From: the human T2T-CHM13v2.0 reference genome, Homo sapiens
Length of the DNA stretch: 64,000 nt
Assembly: GCF_009914755.1 (NCBI RefSeq)
Contig: NC_060930.1
Direction: 5' to 3' (one strand)
The position numbers were made by a program, and so were the translations under genes. Below are positions 35,986 to 60,031 of this stretch, piece by piece; position 1 is the stretch's first letter; every line of letters begins with the position of its first letter. The notes below the pieces were generated by a model. It saw only the letters and a list, made by a program, of their open reading frames with translations. It had not been told where the DNA came from and did no database searches.

Positions 35986-37941
35986 ATGACATATAACTCT
36001 TCTATCACCACCAAGGAACTTCCTCAGTGAAACTCCCAAGGACTACCCTTTACAGTCACATCCCCACTGTTCATATCCTCTGGCAACCACTGATTGCCCA
36101 GCTATCCTTACAATGTTGTCATTTCAAGAATGGTATGTAGAAGGAATCTACATTACATTGCTTTTTTAAACCTTCCAAACCTTTTTTTTTTTTTTTAAAG
36201 CATTTCAGCCCCAAAGACCCTCCAGCTAGTTCTCTTTCTCCTTTTCTTTATAGCCAGGTATACTTTTTGTGGTTGTTGTTTCTGCACACCTAACAGCTTA
36301 CTAGTTTTCTTCCTACATTTTCAGTCCTTTTTTGTTTGCTTTGTAGATGGATCCTTCCTCTATCTGGTCATTCAATGTTGTAGCTCCTCAAGGCTCAGTT
36401 CTGTGTCCTGTTCATTTGACACTTTTTCCCTACAGAGTCTCCTCCATACTCTTGGCTTCAATTATCTCCTGAACACAAATGACTTTCAAACACATATATG
36501 GGCAGACCTTGAGCCACAAAGTTGTATCTGTATAGCTAACTGCCTTTCATACATATCTATTTGGATGTCTTAAAGACACCTGAAACTTAGCATATCCAAA
36601 ATTCAGCTCAGTGCATCTCACTCATTCTCATCCTTCAAATGTCCTTCATGACAACCTGTTATCTTCAACGACTCCCTTTCTCTCCCTACCCTATAGCTAA
36701 GTCAAATCCATTAATCTTACCTCTTAATTCTCTCTCATAACCATCTTCCCTGTCACCCTAATCTAAGCCATCACCATGGCCCTCTGGGCCACCGCCATAG
36801 ACCCCTAACTGGTCACCCTACATTCACTCTTTCTCTAATTTGTTCTTTCCACAATGACCAGAATAACATAGTTATTTAATTTTAAATTTTTGTGAGTATA
36901 TAGATGTATATAATTGTGGGGTATATGAGACGTTTTGACACAAGCACGCAACGCATAATAATGTCATGAAGAATGAGGCAGAATAACATAGATTAAATGG
37001 AAATTTAAAATAATTCCACCCTATCAACCTTTTTTTCCACGTCAGTCTCCTGTCATTGTTCCTAGGAGAAACAGCAAAATTCCTAACATAGCCTAGGAGG
37101 TGAAGCATATGTAATGACCCCTACGCACTTCCTCCAGCTTATTTTGTACTATGTTCTTCCTCCTAATGATAGCTGGTCTTCTTTCATTTCCTCAATGTAC
37201 AACCCTATACCCAGAATATTCTTTTTTGATCCCTTCCTCACAGATTTAACTCTCCTTATTGTTATGGGAAGTCAGGGACCCCAAACGGAGGGACCGGCCG
37301 GAACTGTGTCAGAGGACCATAAATTGTGAAGATTTCATCTTAATATGGACATTTATCAGTTCCCAAATAATACTTTTATAATTTTTTATGCCTGTCTTTA
37401 CTTTAATCTCTTAATCCTATTATCTTCGTAAGCTGAAGATGTATGTCACCTCAGGACCACTGTCATGATTGTGTTAACTGTACACATTGATTGTAAAACA
37501 TGTGTTTGAACAATGTGAAATCAGTGCACCTTGAAAAAGAACAGAATAATACCGATTTTTATGGAAAAAGGGAAGTCAACCGTAACATCTGACTGCCTGC
37601 AGGGTCAGGCAAAAAGAGCCATATTTTTCTTCTTGCAGAGAGCTTATAAATGTACATGCAACTAGGAAAGATATTGCTAAATTCTTTTCCTAGCAAGGAA
37701 TATTAATATTAATACCCTGGGAAAATATTGCGTTCCTTGGGGGAGGTCTATAAACGGCCGCTCTGGGACTGTCTGTCTTGTGCAGTTGAGATAAGGACTG
37801 AAATATGCCCTGGTCTCCTGCAGAACCCTTAGGCTTACTAGGGTTGGGAAAATTCCACCCTGGTAAATTTGTGGTCAGACCGGTTCTTTGCTCTTGAACC
37901 CTGTTTTCTGTTGTTTAAGATGTTTATCAAGACAAAACGTG

Positions 37942-44140
<6,199 letters not shown>

Positions 44141-44526
44141 AAGACAATACATGCAGCGCACTGCTGAACATAGATGCTTATCAGTGGTTCTGCTTTTGTC
44201 CTTTGCCCTGTGATCTTTATTGGACCCTTATCAGTGGTTCTGCTTTTACCCTTTGCCCTGTCCCCTCAGAAGCATGTGATCTTTGTTGGACCCTTATCAG
44301 TGGTTCTGCTTTTTGCTCTTTGAAGCATGTGATCTGTGTACCTACTCTCTGTTCTTACACCCCCTCCCCTTTTGAAACCCTTAATAAAAACTTGCTGGTC
44401 TGAGACTCAGGCGGGCATCATGGTCCTACTGATACGTGATGTCACCCCTGGCGGCCCAGCTGTAAAATTCTTCTCTTTGTACTGTCTCCCTTTATTTCTC
44501 AGCCAGCCGACACTTATGGAAAATAG

Positions 44527-45004
<478 letters not shown>

Positions 45005-46392
45005 AATAATTTCATTTTTAATTATGAGGTTGGTTGATTAATATCTGTGTCCCCTAGAAAACTGTAAGCTATGCAAGGGAAGGAACCAAGTTTGTTTTAG
45101 GTTTCCGTTGCACCCCCACAGCCTAGCGCACATGAGGATTTCAACAAATATTTGTTGAGAGAATAAATCAACATTGAAACTAATGGCTCACAACAGTCAT
45201 TCTTACAACCCTTTTTATAAACCTGAGATTTAAACATGTCACCACTCCTAAAATATCTTTAGAACAGCTTTATATTTACTTGAGAACTAGAACTTAGCAA
45301 AATGTTATAATAATATGTGTTTAATTAAATATACTACAGAAAGCACCCCCCCCTTTATGACTAGGTAGTGGTCTAAATGTTTATTTTATACTGCACTTGA
45401 TATTTTCCCATAAAAACAAGTTGCGAATGGCAAGTAAGTTCTAACCAGCCCACAAAAATCTTACTTACCCCATGAAGTAGTCAACATTGTATTGATTGGA
45501 GCTTTAAGACTAACTGCACTTTTGATCCATGAATTCAGTGTACCATTTAGTCCAGAGCACCCCTCAAGTCCAAACCCTGGGTCTTCCATGCCCATTCAGC
45601 CTTTAGTATCTCTCTGGATCCTAAAGCTTTCTGAGACCTGAGCAAAGCAGTAAGTAATGTCTTGACAGAAGGAAAGCTCCAAAAACAAGATCTGCTAGCA
45701 GCCACAGAAAAAAGAAGGGAAGTATACAGAAAAGGCAGTGTTGCTGATAAGGGGGTTGGGTAAAGTGGACAGGGTTGCAGAGAGGGCTCAAGCAGATAGA
45801 ATATCAAGGGTAAGCAGGGTGCGATACAAGCAAGTTCTATACCCAAGTAACTGAGTGAATTGTAAATCAGGTGTTCTGAAGATGGCAAACACTATATATT
45901 TGAAAACTGTTTTAACATCCTAAATCCCTCCCCATCCCCCAGCAAGAACTCTCAATTCTTATATCTAGTTACAGAAGACGTGAAGACAAACCATCAAAAA
46001 TAAATATCCTAAATTCAGTAGAAAAACAATACACACCATACCTTTGTTCCATTCCGAGTAGGCAGGGGCCAAACAGCACAAGAGCAGCTCCTCAGAGAAA
46101 GCTGAAATGGAGTGAGGTTGAAATCTTCTTTTAAATAACGTTTAAAACTTCTAGAAAGGTTGCAGCCTGAACAATTCAATTTGCTTGGTAACAAATTTAA
46201 TCAGATTTTATTGTAGCCAGAAAACCTTTCCGAAAGTAATTACGAGAGCACAGCAGGCAAGAGCACAGCAGGCGAGTCAGACTTCTGGTGACATGAACAC
46301 TCAGCCTGCTGATATGAATTTCAGTTGTCTTCATATATCTGCCAACCTTACCATTACCCTCCCAGCTCCACCCACAGAGCCTAGCAAAGAGC

Positions 46393-46484
46393 ACTTCAGA
46401 TAAACTCTGAATTCCCCACCAGCACAGGAGTATGAAGTGTGTACTTTAGATAAACTCCGAATTCCCCACCAGCACAGGAGTATG

Positions 46485-46523
<39 letters not shown>
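46393..46523. repeat. Tandem duplication with 50-bp period, followed by (TG)n
   Basis: AGATAAACTC(T/C)GAATTCCCCACCAGCACAGGAGTATGAAG at 46398 and 46448; TG run about 46489-46523. Confidence 0.93.
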
Positions 46524-46531
<8 letters not shown>

Positions 46532-49500
46532 TTCATACATATGTGTCTGAAAGCACATGTATGTTTTTGCAGATACATGAATGTAGTGTCAGAGGAGAAA
46601 ATATTAAGGAGAACTTAATATATCACTCCCTAATTTTTTGTATCCTTCTGTAAGTCATCCTGTCATAAACACAGATTTTGGTTTTCTTTGTAATATAATA
46701 AGAATTGCTTTGTTGTAAAAGAAAAGACCTCTGTATAGTATTTCCCACCGGGGCATACAGTTTAGGCCTGGCCTCTGTTCCTTCCCGATCCCTACCCTCC
46801 CCTGACTGTACTGTCCTCTCAACCCTGAGGGCTCAGACTAGTGGGAATTCAGAATCCAAGTCTAAATCTCTTCAGACATCTGTATGCCACTTGGTTTATT
46901 TTCCCCAGTTTGATAAATATCCTGTCTTGCCCAGTCACTGTTTCAGCTCTAGCAAGCAGGTGTTCTATGTTTCTTTAAACAAACACAATACAGTGAAGAA
47001 CTAGCTGGCATTGTGCCTGCCCAGGTATTTTCAAAAACTCACCTTAAGTCCTCCCCGCTTCATTAAAATCAATTCCTCCTTTTCCCACTGAGTGCTCTTT
47101 CTCCTGAATCCCTGGAGAATTCTGTGCCTCAAAATTTGCACTTAAAAAAAAAAAAAAGCAACACTAAATTCTCTTTTATGTTAGTCTTGTCTCTCCAACT
47201 AGATTATAAGTTTCCGAAGCACTGGCAATGTGACTTTGAACTTGTATTTACCACAACGTTTAAAATTCTGTGTAGGAAACAACTAAGCAATTCTCACGAA
47301 ACAGCAAGAGGACAGTTGTAACCACATCTTATTCTAGTTGGAGAAATGTCTGATAGTAGGATAAAGGAAGAAAAGACTGCTATGTAGAGCAATTCTTCTA
47401 AGTAACACCTGCCCTCAAAATATTCTTTTCCTCTCCAAATCAAGAAGGTCTCTCAAATTATTCCTTCCCTAGTTCTAGATGACATCACATGACATTTTTT
47501 AAAGTGAGGTATGACTTACATATAGTAATGTGCACTAATCTTGAATGTATAGCTCTATGACTTTTTTACGCAGGTATACATTCATGTAACTACCTCCCAC
47601 ATCAAGATATAGAAAATTTCTAGGACTCCAGCTAACTCCTTCCCAGTCAACATCCACTCAAATGATAGCCACTCCTCTAATCTGTATCACCACAGACTGG
47701 TTATGCCTACTCTTAAATTTTGTATAAATGGAATCATATGCTGTTTTGTATCTGGCCTCTTTCTCCTACCATTATGATTGTGGGATTTATCCATATTGTA
47801 AACATATTTCATGTTATGTGCATATTTTATTGCATGTTAAATAAATTCTACGTAAGCCTCACATAGGAAAAGAAAGCAGGAAACCACCAGAAGGAACTGA
47901 ACCCTGAGATGCACAATTGCTTAGGGAACCCACAGGATTTGCCAACATTGAGAAAAATAGACCTCTGATTAGAAATAAAAGCCATCTATTTTCTCTTATA
48001 CAAGAAACATTAGACATATGGGAAAAATTAGCTGCCAGAAATAAGCTGAACAATCAGGGCAAAGATATCTTTCTGCAAGATAGATTTAGTAAAGAAAACA
48101 AGGAAGAATTTTCAGAAAAAGAAATTTAGTGCATCAAGGAATAAAAAGGGATTATAATAGCAGGAACCTGAATTCTCTGAAGGAGAGAACAGGTGTGGCA
48201 ACATCTTTTTGACTTAAATATCAGATAGAAACAAAGAGGACTTTAGAATTCAGGTAAAGGGAGTTCTGTCTGGAAGATAAGAAAGGCAGAGAACAGAGGC
48301 CCTTTCTCTTTTTTGATTTCCAACTTTTAAGTTCAGGGGTACATGTTCAGGATGTGCAGGTTTGTTACACAGGTAAACACGTGCCATGGCAGGTACTGCA
48401 CAGACCATCCCATCACCTAGGTACTAAGCCCTGCTAGCATCCATTAGTGATTCTTCCTTTCAACAGGACAGAAGAGGAGCCTTGTTAGTAAGGTGGTAGG
48501 TGACAAATCCCTGGTAATGGGGCAGATGGAGGACTTTTTAAAACACATGAATACTCTCTGGAGAGCTGTGACGCCACCCTTTTCGCCACCTCAGACCTTC
48601 AGCAAAGTGTGTCCACACAAGGTGAATGGAATGAAAGAATGCCATTTGGGGAACACAAAGGAAAACGATGTGTTCCATGTCTGCACCAGGACAGGCTGTA
48701 AGAACAGACTCTAAGAAGAGGTACAATTAGGAAATCTAGGACAAAGAAAATTGGACCTAGGTGGGGACCAAGTACAAAACCTCTTGGAATTGAAAAGAAA
48801 AAAAAAAAACAGGAGTTAGGGGAGGCATTAAACTTCCCATCAAGAATGGGATGAAGAGCCAGACATTTTATTTAAATCTCAAAGGGAGGGGTAATTTTCA
48901 GGAAGGTGTCACATAAATGAAAAGGGGTAACAAAAAAGGAGAGAACAAAAGGATTTTTCCAGTAAAATCATGGGCGCCAAAACAAAACAAAAAAATAGTG
49001 GAGATCTTAAGTAGAATAATATGCCAAAAACCAAACCTGGCAACTGTGAAACAGATAACCAATTTAAGGAATCTCCTAAAAAACAGAGAAGTTATGAAAG
49101 AAAATTAAGAAACAGGAAGAATAATATATGATAACTTCTACATAACAGAAATTCCAGAAAACAAATGAAGGAATGATCAAGAATAAGTTAACATTTTTCT
49201 CAATAGAAGAAAATCTAGATTTCATATTTAAAGAATCTAAGGATTGTTGGGCAGGAATACTGAAAAAAGCCATATTACAGATAATCTGTTGAAATTTGTA
49301 AACGACAGAAAAGAATCCTACAAGAAATCCTACAAACTTCCAGAACACTCCCCCACCCTCCTCACACTCACTTCTCCCAACAAAAGACACTCCAACACCT
49401 TCACCAAAATCAGGTGTCTGCCAAGTGCAAAGAAACCAGTGGACATTGCTCTCTTATTTGGAAATAAAATGCCAGGAGACCCAATGGAGTGATGTTTACA

Positions 49501-51589
49501 GAATTCTGAGGGAGAATTCTACAGCCAAATGGTGACTCAAGTGTGGCTGTAAAAATAAAGGCCTTTTCAGACTTGTAAGGACTCTGAACACACAATTTCC
49601 AACTGTGGTCTCAGAAATCAGTTCCACAGTATACTGTTCCCCTCAGCCTCAGAGTCTTTGGTGAATCTCCAGGTGACAGAGAGTTTCATCTCCCAAAGAG
49701 GCCCTCCAGTCTTCTCTGGTAAAGGTTTTAGATACTCTCGCCTTCCCAGACATCTGAGCTTCATTTTCTCCTGTGTCTCCAGAGCTCTTTTTGCTTTTTT
49801 TTTTTTCCCTTCTATTCTGTCCGACCTTAGCTATTACTGTTTTTCAGGTGTCCTTGACTCACCATTCTCTTATTACAGAGACTACGTCTGTCTTACTCAT
49901 TTGTTTCCAAAACCTCCTCGAGTAAAAAGAGGAATTTGCTGGAAGGGTCTGGGGAGATCTCGAAAAACCCAGCATAGAAACCTTAGCCCATCTGGCCTCA
50001 TGCAAGGCCGGAGTCTCGGGCTCTAATGTCAGCACTAGAGAAAAACACGTATCTTCCTTCTCTTCCTGTGTCTCCATGGTGTGGGAGAGGAGGGAAGAAG
50101 AACTAACCTGAACGGCCAGCCACAGGCATTCACAGGGTCAGGTGCATGGTGGGCAGGGCCACTGAGCTGAGTAGCATCTTCTACGTCTGTGTTCCACCCA
50201 GGAGTGGGGGCAGTGAGGGGAGCAGGCCTGGAGATTTTAGGCTACTGGTGGGCCTCAGAATCTCCTCTGCAAGGACTTTAGAACTTCCAAGTCTCAAAAC
50301 AGAAATCCAGAATGGGCAGTAGAAGACCCCTCTTAAGCCTCTAAGTCATGTACTCTGTCTTTTATCAAAGAAGGCTACACTGGGATTTTTAAGATATTGT
50401 GCTGATTAATAAAAATCATTCTTTCCACCCATTTGCAACTGAGTCTTTGTGTGGGTGCCTGCCTTAATTTCTAGAACCTAGAGAACTCTCTCCCTAAGTA
50501 GCCTTAGTGAAACCTGAATTCTTTCTAGGACTGTGCTAGATTTTGGAAGGCAAGCACTACACTATCTTCTTTTTGTTGCTCATATCTGGCCAAGAGCCTA
50601 GATCAGTGGTACACAGTAAATGTTTAATAAATGTTGATCAGCAAACAATATCTTAGCATATTCATTTCTTGGAAGTATTAACTAGTTTGCTTTTGTAACA
50701 CCTTTTAGTCCAGCTTTCATTTTCCATTTTCCCTTCCTGAAAACACTCAAAGGCCATTTCTGTCTCATTTTATCATTCCTGGAAGAATATCACCCAAGTA
50801 TATCAGGCAGTTTTAAGTCTTTTCAAAATTCATGGAAATAAGTATGGAATAATTTTTACCAGCCAATATTAATGGCAGTGCAGAAGAAAAATACAAATGC
50901 AATATAATTGTTTCACTGAATTTCTTAATTTTTATGTCTGTGTTAAATTTAACAGCAACTGAGTGGGGAAAGATTTCAGGTCATCTTTTCATTGTTCCAT
51001 TCATGGCCTGTGCAGATAAGTTGCATCAGATCTGATGAGAAGTAGACTCAAATGAGTGAGCACTGTTTCTCTTCTTGTGGGGTGCTGCTGTGGGGTTCAT
51101 CTTTCTTTCTAGACCAAGGAGATAGCTAAGAAGGAGAGAATTCACTGTGGTAGTTCTTGACTTGCATGTTGTAGGTTGCTCTTTATCTCCACCATGACTG
51201 ATTTTAGCCTAGGGCTTTGGATCAGGCATAAACAGCCAAAGTTACTAACCTAACAGGCCAGACAGCTTTGCCATTTCATAGTTCTCATTTAAAAAATCTA
51301 TCCAAGAAGCCCTACCTACCTCAAGTCAATCCCCAGCTTCCTAAGCATTCAAGGCCTTCAGTCTATATCCTTAAGGGAACACATCTGTAGAGACCTTCCT
51401 ACCACAAGTGACACGTCAGCCCAGCCAAACACTCAGAGGGCACATTATCGTGCTAAGTCCTACACTAAGTGCTAGGGATATAAAATCAAATAGAATTTCA
51501 GCCTTCACCTTCAGGAGGTTACAGCCCAGTGAAGGAGACAGACATCCAGCGAGAAAATGTCAGTAAAATGTCAGCAAATGTGACAAATG

Positions 51590-53450
<1,861 letters not shown>

Positions 53451-54118
53451 TACTGAATGCATTAAGAACAATTAAGAGGGACACCTAAACCAGTCTGTAA
53501 CAGGAAAATGAAGGCCAAGCATTTTCCAAATCTATAATACTATGATTTCTGGAGGAAGAATGCATAGAAAGAGCCAGATGCTTGTAAAGGACAGGTGTAT
53601 TTACAGAAACAGCAAAGGTGTGTAGAAGGGTTTTAAAAGAATGATTGTTATTCTGAAGTGCTATAAAATACAGCAGGATCTATGGTGTGAACAAAATCTA
53701 ATAACTCTGGCCAGTAGCATGTTCTGAGAGAACATATGTTATAGTAGATGAATTTATGTTGCATATGTTTAGCTAAGTAAAGGATACTTACACAATCACT
53801 TCTAGAATGAGTCATCTGGAATTAGCTCATGCCCATAAATCAACACAACCCAGGCCTGAAAGAATCAAGGCCTTATACATGCAAGAATTTGACATTTAAA
53901 ACAAAAAAAAAGCAGCATTAGCAATCCATAAAAAATGTTAAATCATAAATGTCTAGAGCTGTAAGGAACCTTATATTATCCAGCTCAACCCCGCTACACC
54001 TCCTATCATTCTCATCCCAGGGGTGTGTAATATGGGAAGCTGAGGCCCTAGGAGGTTAAGTCACTTTCCTCTGGTTACATGTCTACTTTGTGGCTAAACT
54101 GGTCGTAGAAACTGGGTC

Positions 54119-54446
<328 letters not shown>

Positions 54447-54845
54447 TCAATGCCTCCTAATTATCTGTAACTTTTGATTCTGTAAACTTCAATAAGACTA
54501 CTCCAAACCATGGCCTGAAGGTGGTTTTCTGGAAACCCTTACCTTCCTCCAGTCTTGATACCGATTCACTATATAGCATATCCTGCGTGAAGAGAAGCCT
54601 GTGGGTGCTGCTAACCTCAACACCTACCCCGTACCACCCACACTGCCGAGGGGCTTAGGAGTTCCTAATGGCAGTAACTGAAACACTTTGAGTAACTCCT
54701 TTAAATGATGTCCTGTTCTGTGGCATTAAGTAACATCGCTCTCATCTGTCCTTTGTGATTTCTCAGTCTCCCTGCTGTCGTATTTGGGAAATATAAATAT
54801 TTGGGAATAAACAAACAATGTAAATAAATATTTGGGAAACTTCTT

Positions 54846-55773
54846 GTGTTATAGAACATTATAGAAAATATACATATTTGTTTTCATCTATCTATATAGA
54901 TATATAGATATATATATCTTCTGCATCATGATATTCAAATAATGCATTTTAGTCAGCCCCTTCCTGGACATCTGAGCTCGTTTGGCACAGTCGATGATGT
55001 TCTCCTTCACAGTTAGTTCCTGGTTCATAACTCCCACATCCCTTGTTACAGTCTTTCGTTATAATGCTGGGTGTGTTAGGTCTCAGGGGCAGGCCTCAGG
55101 AAATAATCTCTTTCCTGCATTCCTTTTACCTGACCCAAGGCAGGATTCTAATGTTCCCTGTCTTTCTGATTGTGGGTCTTAAGAGTCTCCCCGATGAGGG
55201 CCTCGCCTCATACCCTGGGGGAAGGAATGCTGATGTCACGAAGTTTCCATAAAAATCCAAGAGGACTGGGTTCAGGGAGCTTCTAGATAGCTGAACACCT
55301 GGAGGCTCCTGGAGGGTGGAGCCCAGGGAGGGCATGGAACTCTGCATCCCTTCCCCTATGTCTCTCCCTATGTGTTTCTTCATCTGTATTCTTAGTAATA
55401 TTCCTTATAATAAACAAGTAAATTTAAGTGTTTCCCTGAATTCTGTGAGCTGCTCCAGAAAATTAATCAAACCCAAAGAGGGGATTCCTGGGAATCTCAA
55501 CTTCAAGCTAGTTGGTCAGAAGTTTCAGAGGCCCAGACTTGCAACTGGTGTAGAGGAGACAGTCTTGGGGACTGAGACCCAACCCATGGGATCTGACGCC
55601 ATCTCTAGGTAGATAGTGTAAGAATCGAATTGGAGGACATTTGGCTGGTGTCCACTGCCTGAAGTGTGGCAACCAACCCCCTAACCCCCAACATATTTGG
55701 TCATAGAAGCCTTCTGTGTTGATTGTTGTAGTGTGAGAGTAAAGACACAGTTTGAGAGAGTTTCTCCCTACAC
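54846..55773. mobile_element. MER21-like solo LTR
   Basis: TG...CA ends; recalled MER21 motifs (GTTCCTGGTTCATAACTCCC, GGACTGGGTTCAGGGAGCTTC, AGTGTTTCCCTGAATTCTGTGAGC). Confidence 0.75.
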
Positions 55774-56673
55774 AGCCACTGATTGCACACTTTAGAATGG
55801 CTAAGGTGATAAAGTTTGTGTTATGTACATTTTATGACAATAAAAAATAATTACTCAACAACTTCCAGCTCCAGCCATGATGGTAAGCCCCACTCCTCCT
55901 AGATCCTCCCTCTTACAACTTAAAAACATAAAATAAATAAATTAAGATTGAATCCTGAAACATGTTCAATCAACCCATAGGAAGGTACAAAAAAGAGAGA
56001 CAGAGGGACAGGAAATAGAGGAAACAAAAAGAAAACAAAGTAGTGGGGCAGATATAAGCCCTAACATATCAACAATTCCCTTAAATGTAAGTGGTCTAAA
56101 TACACGAATTAAAAGACAGAAATTTGCAGAGGGGATAAAAATAAAAACATGTTCCAACAATAGGCTATCTATAAGAAATTCACTTCAACTTCAATTACAC
56201 AGGTGGATTGAAAGTAAAAGAAAGGGGAAAAGATATACCCTGAATTCATTAATCAAAAAAGAGCAAGTCTTGGCTATATTAATATCAATGCAATTAGTAA
56301 TCCTTGTTTTTAAACCACAATTTTAAAATTTCACTAGGAACAGCCTTGAAGAGCCTCTGTGTTTCAAGAATGCTGACATCTGCCAAAGGCTTTGCAGCCC
56401 TGTCTCAGACTGGCTCAGTCCACTTTAGCCCAGGTCATGCAGATTTGTCTCCCATTAGATGTGAAGAAACAAAGTGAAAGTCTCTCTTAACCTGCTCTTC
56501 TGCCCTCCTCACAAACCAATTAAAATAACTTGAGTCATTTTTCTAGCTTTGTATTGACAGAATTTTAAAGATGAATAATATTGTGTGAGAATTTTGAAAA
56601 AAGTGTATGCTGATAATACTGACAGGAACATAAATTGATAGAGTGTTTTTAGCAATTTGACAGTATCTATATA

Positions 56674-57032
56674 CAGATGCTCCTTGACTTACAATAGGTT
56701 GTGTTCTGATAAAACTATTATAAGTTGAAAATAATCTTAAGTCAAAAATGCATTTAATACACCTAACCTGCTGAACATCATAGCTTAACCTAGCTTAAAC
56801 TTGCTCAGAACAATTACACTAGCCTACAGTTGGGCAAAATTATCTAATTTAAAATCTATTTTATAATAAATGTTGAATGTGTGAGGTAAGAGTATCATAC
56901 TACTTATCACTAGCTCTGGAAAAAGACCAAAATTCAAATTCAAAGCAGTTTCTATTAAATGTGCATCACTTTCACATCATTGTATAAAGTTGAAAAACCA
57001 TAAGTTGAACCATTGTAAGTCAGGACCATCTG
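56674..57032. mobile_element. MER47-like Tigger-derived DNA element
   Basis: Inverted termini CAGATGCTCCTTGACTTAC ... GTAAGTCAGGACCATCTG with TA on both sides. Confidence 0.85.
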
Positions 57033-57256
57033 TAATCTATATAATAACTTTTAAATGTGAATATCCTTTGATTCACCAATTCTACTTCTATTCTAGTATA
57101 ATTTTTCTAATGAAGTACTTTGGCATTTATACAAAAAGTTGTCCATTGCAACAAAATATTGGTAACATCAACAGAGGAATGAGCAAATACATTATGGTAC
57201 ATTCTTCTGTGGAATACTATGCAGCAGTTAAAGAAGTAAATTTATAGGTACTAAAA

Positions 57257-57666
57257 TGTTAAAGAAAACAAAATGAAAACCAGGCCTGAAGAATTCTTGA
57301 GCAGACAAAATTGGTTATGCCTCATCATAACCTTGCTTGATTTACAAGCGTAAGTGAAACTTGAGCTATATTTTATAAATGCCTATATTAAAAACAGAAC
57401 TTAAGCTCAACCAATCAGAAGTAGCCAATAAACTTATGTAACTAGGGACTTTCCAAAGGGATAGACCAAACAAGGCAACTGTATAATTATAACCCATCAA
57501 ATATTTTCTTTGCTTTACTTCTATGTTCATCCTATAAAAGCTGCCCTCTTGTGTTCCCTCCATGGAGCTCCTAAGCCACTTCTGGTTTGGAGCTGTCCCA
57601 TTCATGAATCATTGTTTCCTCAAAGAGACTCTGAAATTTTGTTGTGCCTTAGTTTACTTTATAACA
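57257..57666 (+). mobile_element. ERV1 solo LTR (MER57-like)
   Basis: TGTTA...TAACA termini, CCAAT boxes (57411, 57425) and TATAAAA (57533). Confidence 0.72.
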
Positions 57667-58545
57667 AACATAAATAGGGCTTTAGAACACATTTTTATTG
57701 ATGTATACTGTTTCACTTGGGGTGTATAAAAAATTCCTACTTATAATAATGGTTTAAAATTTCAAATTTATTAGTGCTATGAAATTGCTACACTATTGCT
57801 AGTAGTGATATATTATTTTGCTCATCAGCACATGAAGCCTGGAATAGAGTGGTTATATTTGAATCCCCAGAGCATCTTAGAGTCTAGCACATTATATTTA
57901 CTTAAAAATTGTTTAATTAACCAATTGATGAAAAAGGCCAGCAATTCCAAACTTCCTTCCAGCTCCAGTTCTTTGATTCTAACTGGAGAAAAACTGCCCT
58001 TACATATAAAATGTTCATGACAATACCTATCTCAGACAGCTGCTATAATGATAAAGTATCCAAAATTGCTGAGGTGAGGGGTGTTATAATTTGGTAGACA
58101 AATTCCAGGGGCTATTTGTTGTTACTCTTCATTGGACAAAACTACTTCTCTACAAAATTCAGACTCGCTCTGAGAAGTTTCAGAGAGCTAATTTCAGTGT
58201 GTATGAAGGAGGAGGGGCAGGGAGTGAAGGAAAGACAGGTGGAAATGTCAAACACTAAAACCACTGCTGTAGTTGAGAACAAAGCGGGAGCTGACGGTCA
58301 GCACTGATCATGAGTGCTAGACTTCTTAAAAAAGCAATGGTCATGTTACGGAAAGTCTCACATTTGTTAAATGCTTTAAGCACACAGTGTATTTGATTCT
58401 CACAACCAGGAAACTCTTGAAATCCAACCTCCAGAGACGTTCTAATCCAGTTCTCTCATCTACCTGTCATTCTTTGGTCATGCTTGATGGAAAACTAGAT
58501 TGCAAACTTTTAAAAATTCCTGGGGCAAAGAAAATTTATAAATTT

Positions 58546-59022
58546 GTAGATTCATTTCCTGAAGCTGCCATAGCAGATGACCGCAAATGGAGTGCCTTTA
58601 GAAAACGACAGAAATTTATTCTCTCACAGTTCAAGAGGCCTGAATATGAAATCAAGGTGGCAGTAGGGTTGGCTCCTTCCAGAGGCTCTGGGAGAGAACC
58701 TGGTTTGGCTTTTCTCCTGGCTTCTGGTGGGTGCTGGAAACTCTCGGCATTCTTTTGCTTATAGATTCATTGCTTCATTCACCTCCAACTTCACATCATC
58801 TTTTCTGTTTTTGTTTTTTTTTCTTTCCCGTCTGTCTCTTCTCCTCTTATATAAGGATGCACACTTGTCATTGGATTTAGGGCCCACCCAGATACTCCAG
58901 GGTGATTTCATCCTGAGATTCCTAGCCTAATTATATCTGCAAAGTCCCTTTTCCCAAATAAGGTCACATTCAGAGGTTCCGGGTGAACATATCTTTGGGG
59001 GCAGGGGCACTCAACCCCCTAC
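58546..59022 (-). mobile_element. MLT1 (MaLR) solo LTR
   Basis: TG...CA ends; CAGAAATTTATTCTCTCACAGTTC, ATCAAGGTG, TTGGATTTAGGGCCCACCC and CAAATAAGGTCACATTC. Confidence 0.85.
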
Positions 59023-59516
59023 AGCTTGTTTGTATGATTTTGATTTTGGAAGAAAGCTACTAAAGCAGAAATATAAACAACAGAAGTAAATGCAAAAGAT
59101 AAACTGAATGGAAATAAAAGCTAAAAATAGAAAACCGGCAGTTTCATGGGCAGTTTCAAGCTGACAGATTTAAGGAGTTTGTGGTATCTGTTCCAAAATT
59201 CTGCAATATCCTTTTAAAGAGGCTGACTCAAGCTTGGAACTAAAATGTTTACCACTTACCAACCAGAGCACACCACCCTCCCAGTGTCCTTTCCTGGAAT
59301 TCAGGAATTTATAAAAAACAAATTCATATCCTGGAATTTCTAAAAAACAAATATTCATGACTGTAATATACTAAGATATAATTACTTGAGAGGAAAAAGC
59401 ACACAGAAGCAATTAAACAGAGTTTGAAGTGTCATCTACTAAATTTAGATTGTTTCCAGTAAGGTGGTAAGCTAAATACGTCAACAGATTCTCTTGTTTA
59501 AAACAACTAAAAAAGG

Positions 59517-60031
<515 letters not shown>

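Noticed and set aside
44175-44340. Spaced direct repeats (CTTATCAGTGGTTCTGCTTTT three times), superficially CRISPR-like
   Set aside because: Internal tandem repeats of the MER11 LTR; the spacers resemble each other and the context is eukaryotic with no cas genes.
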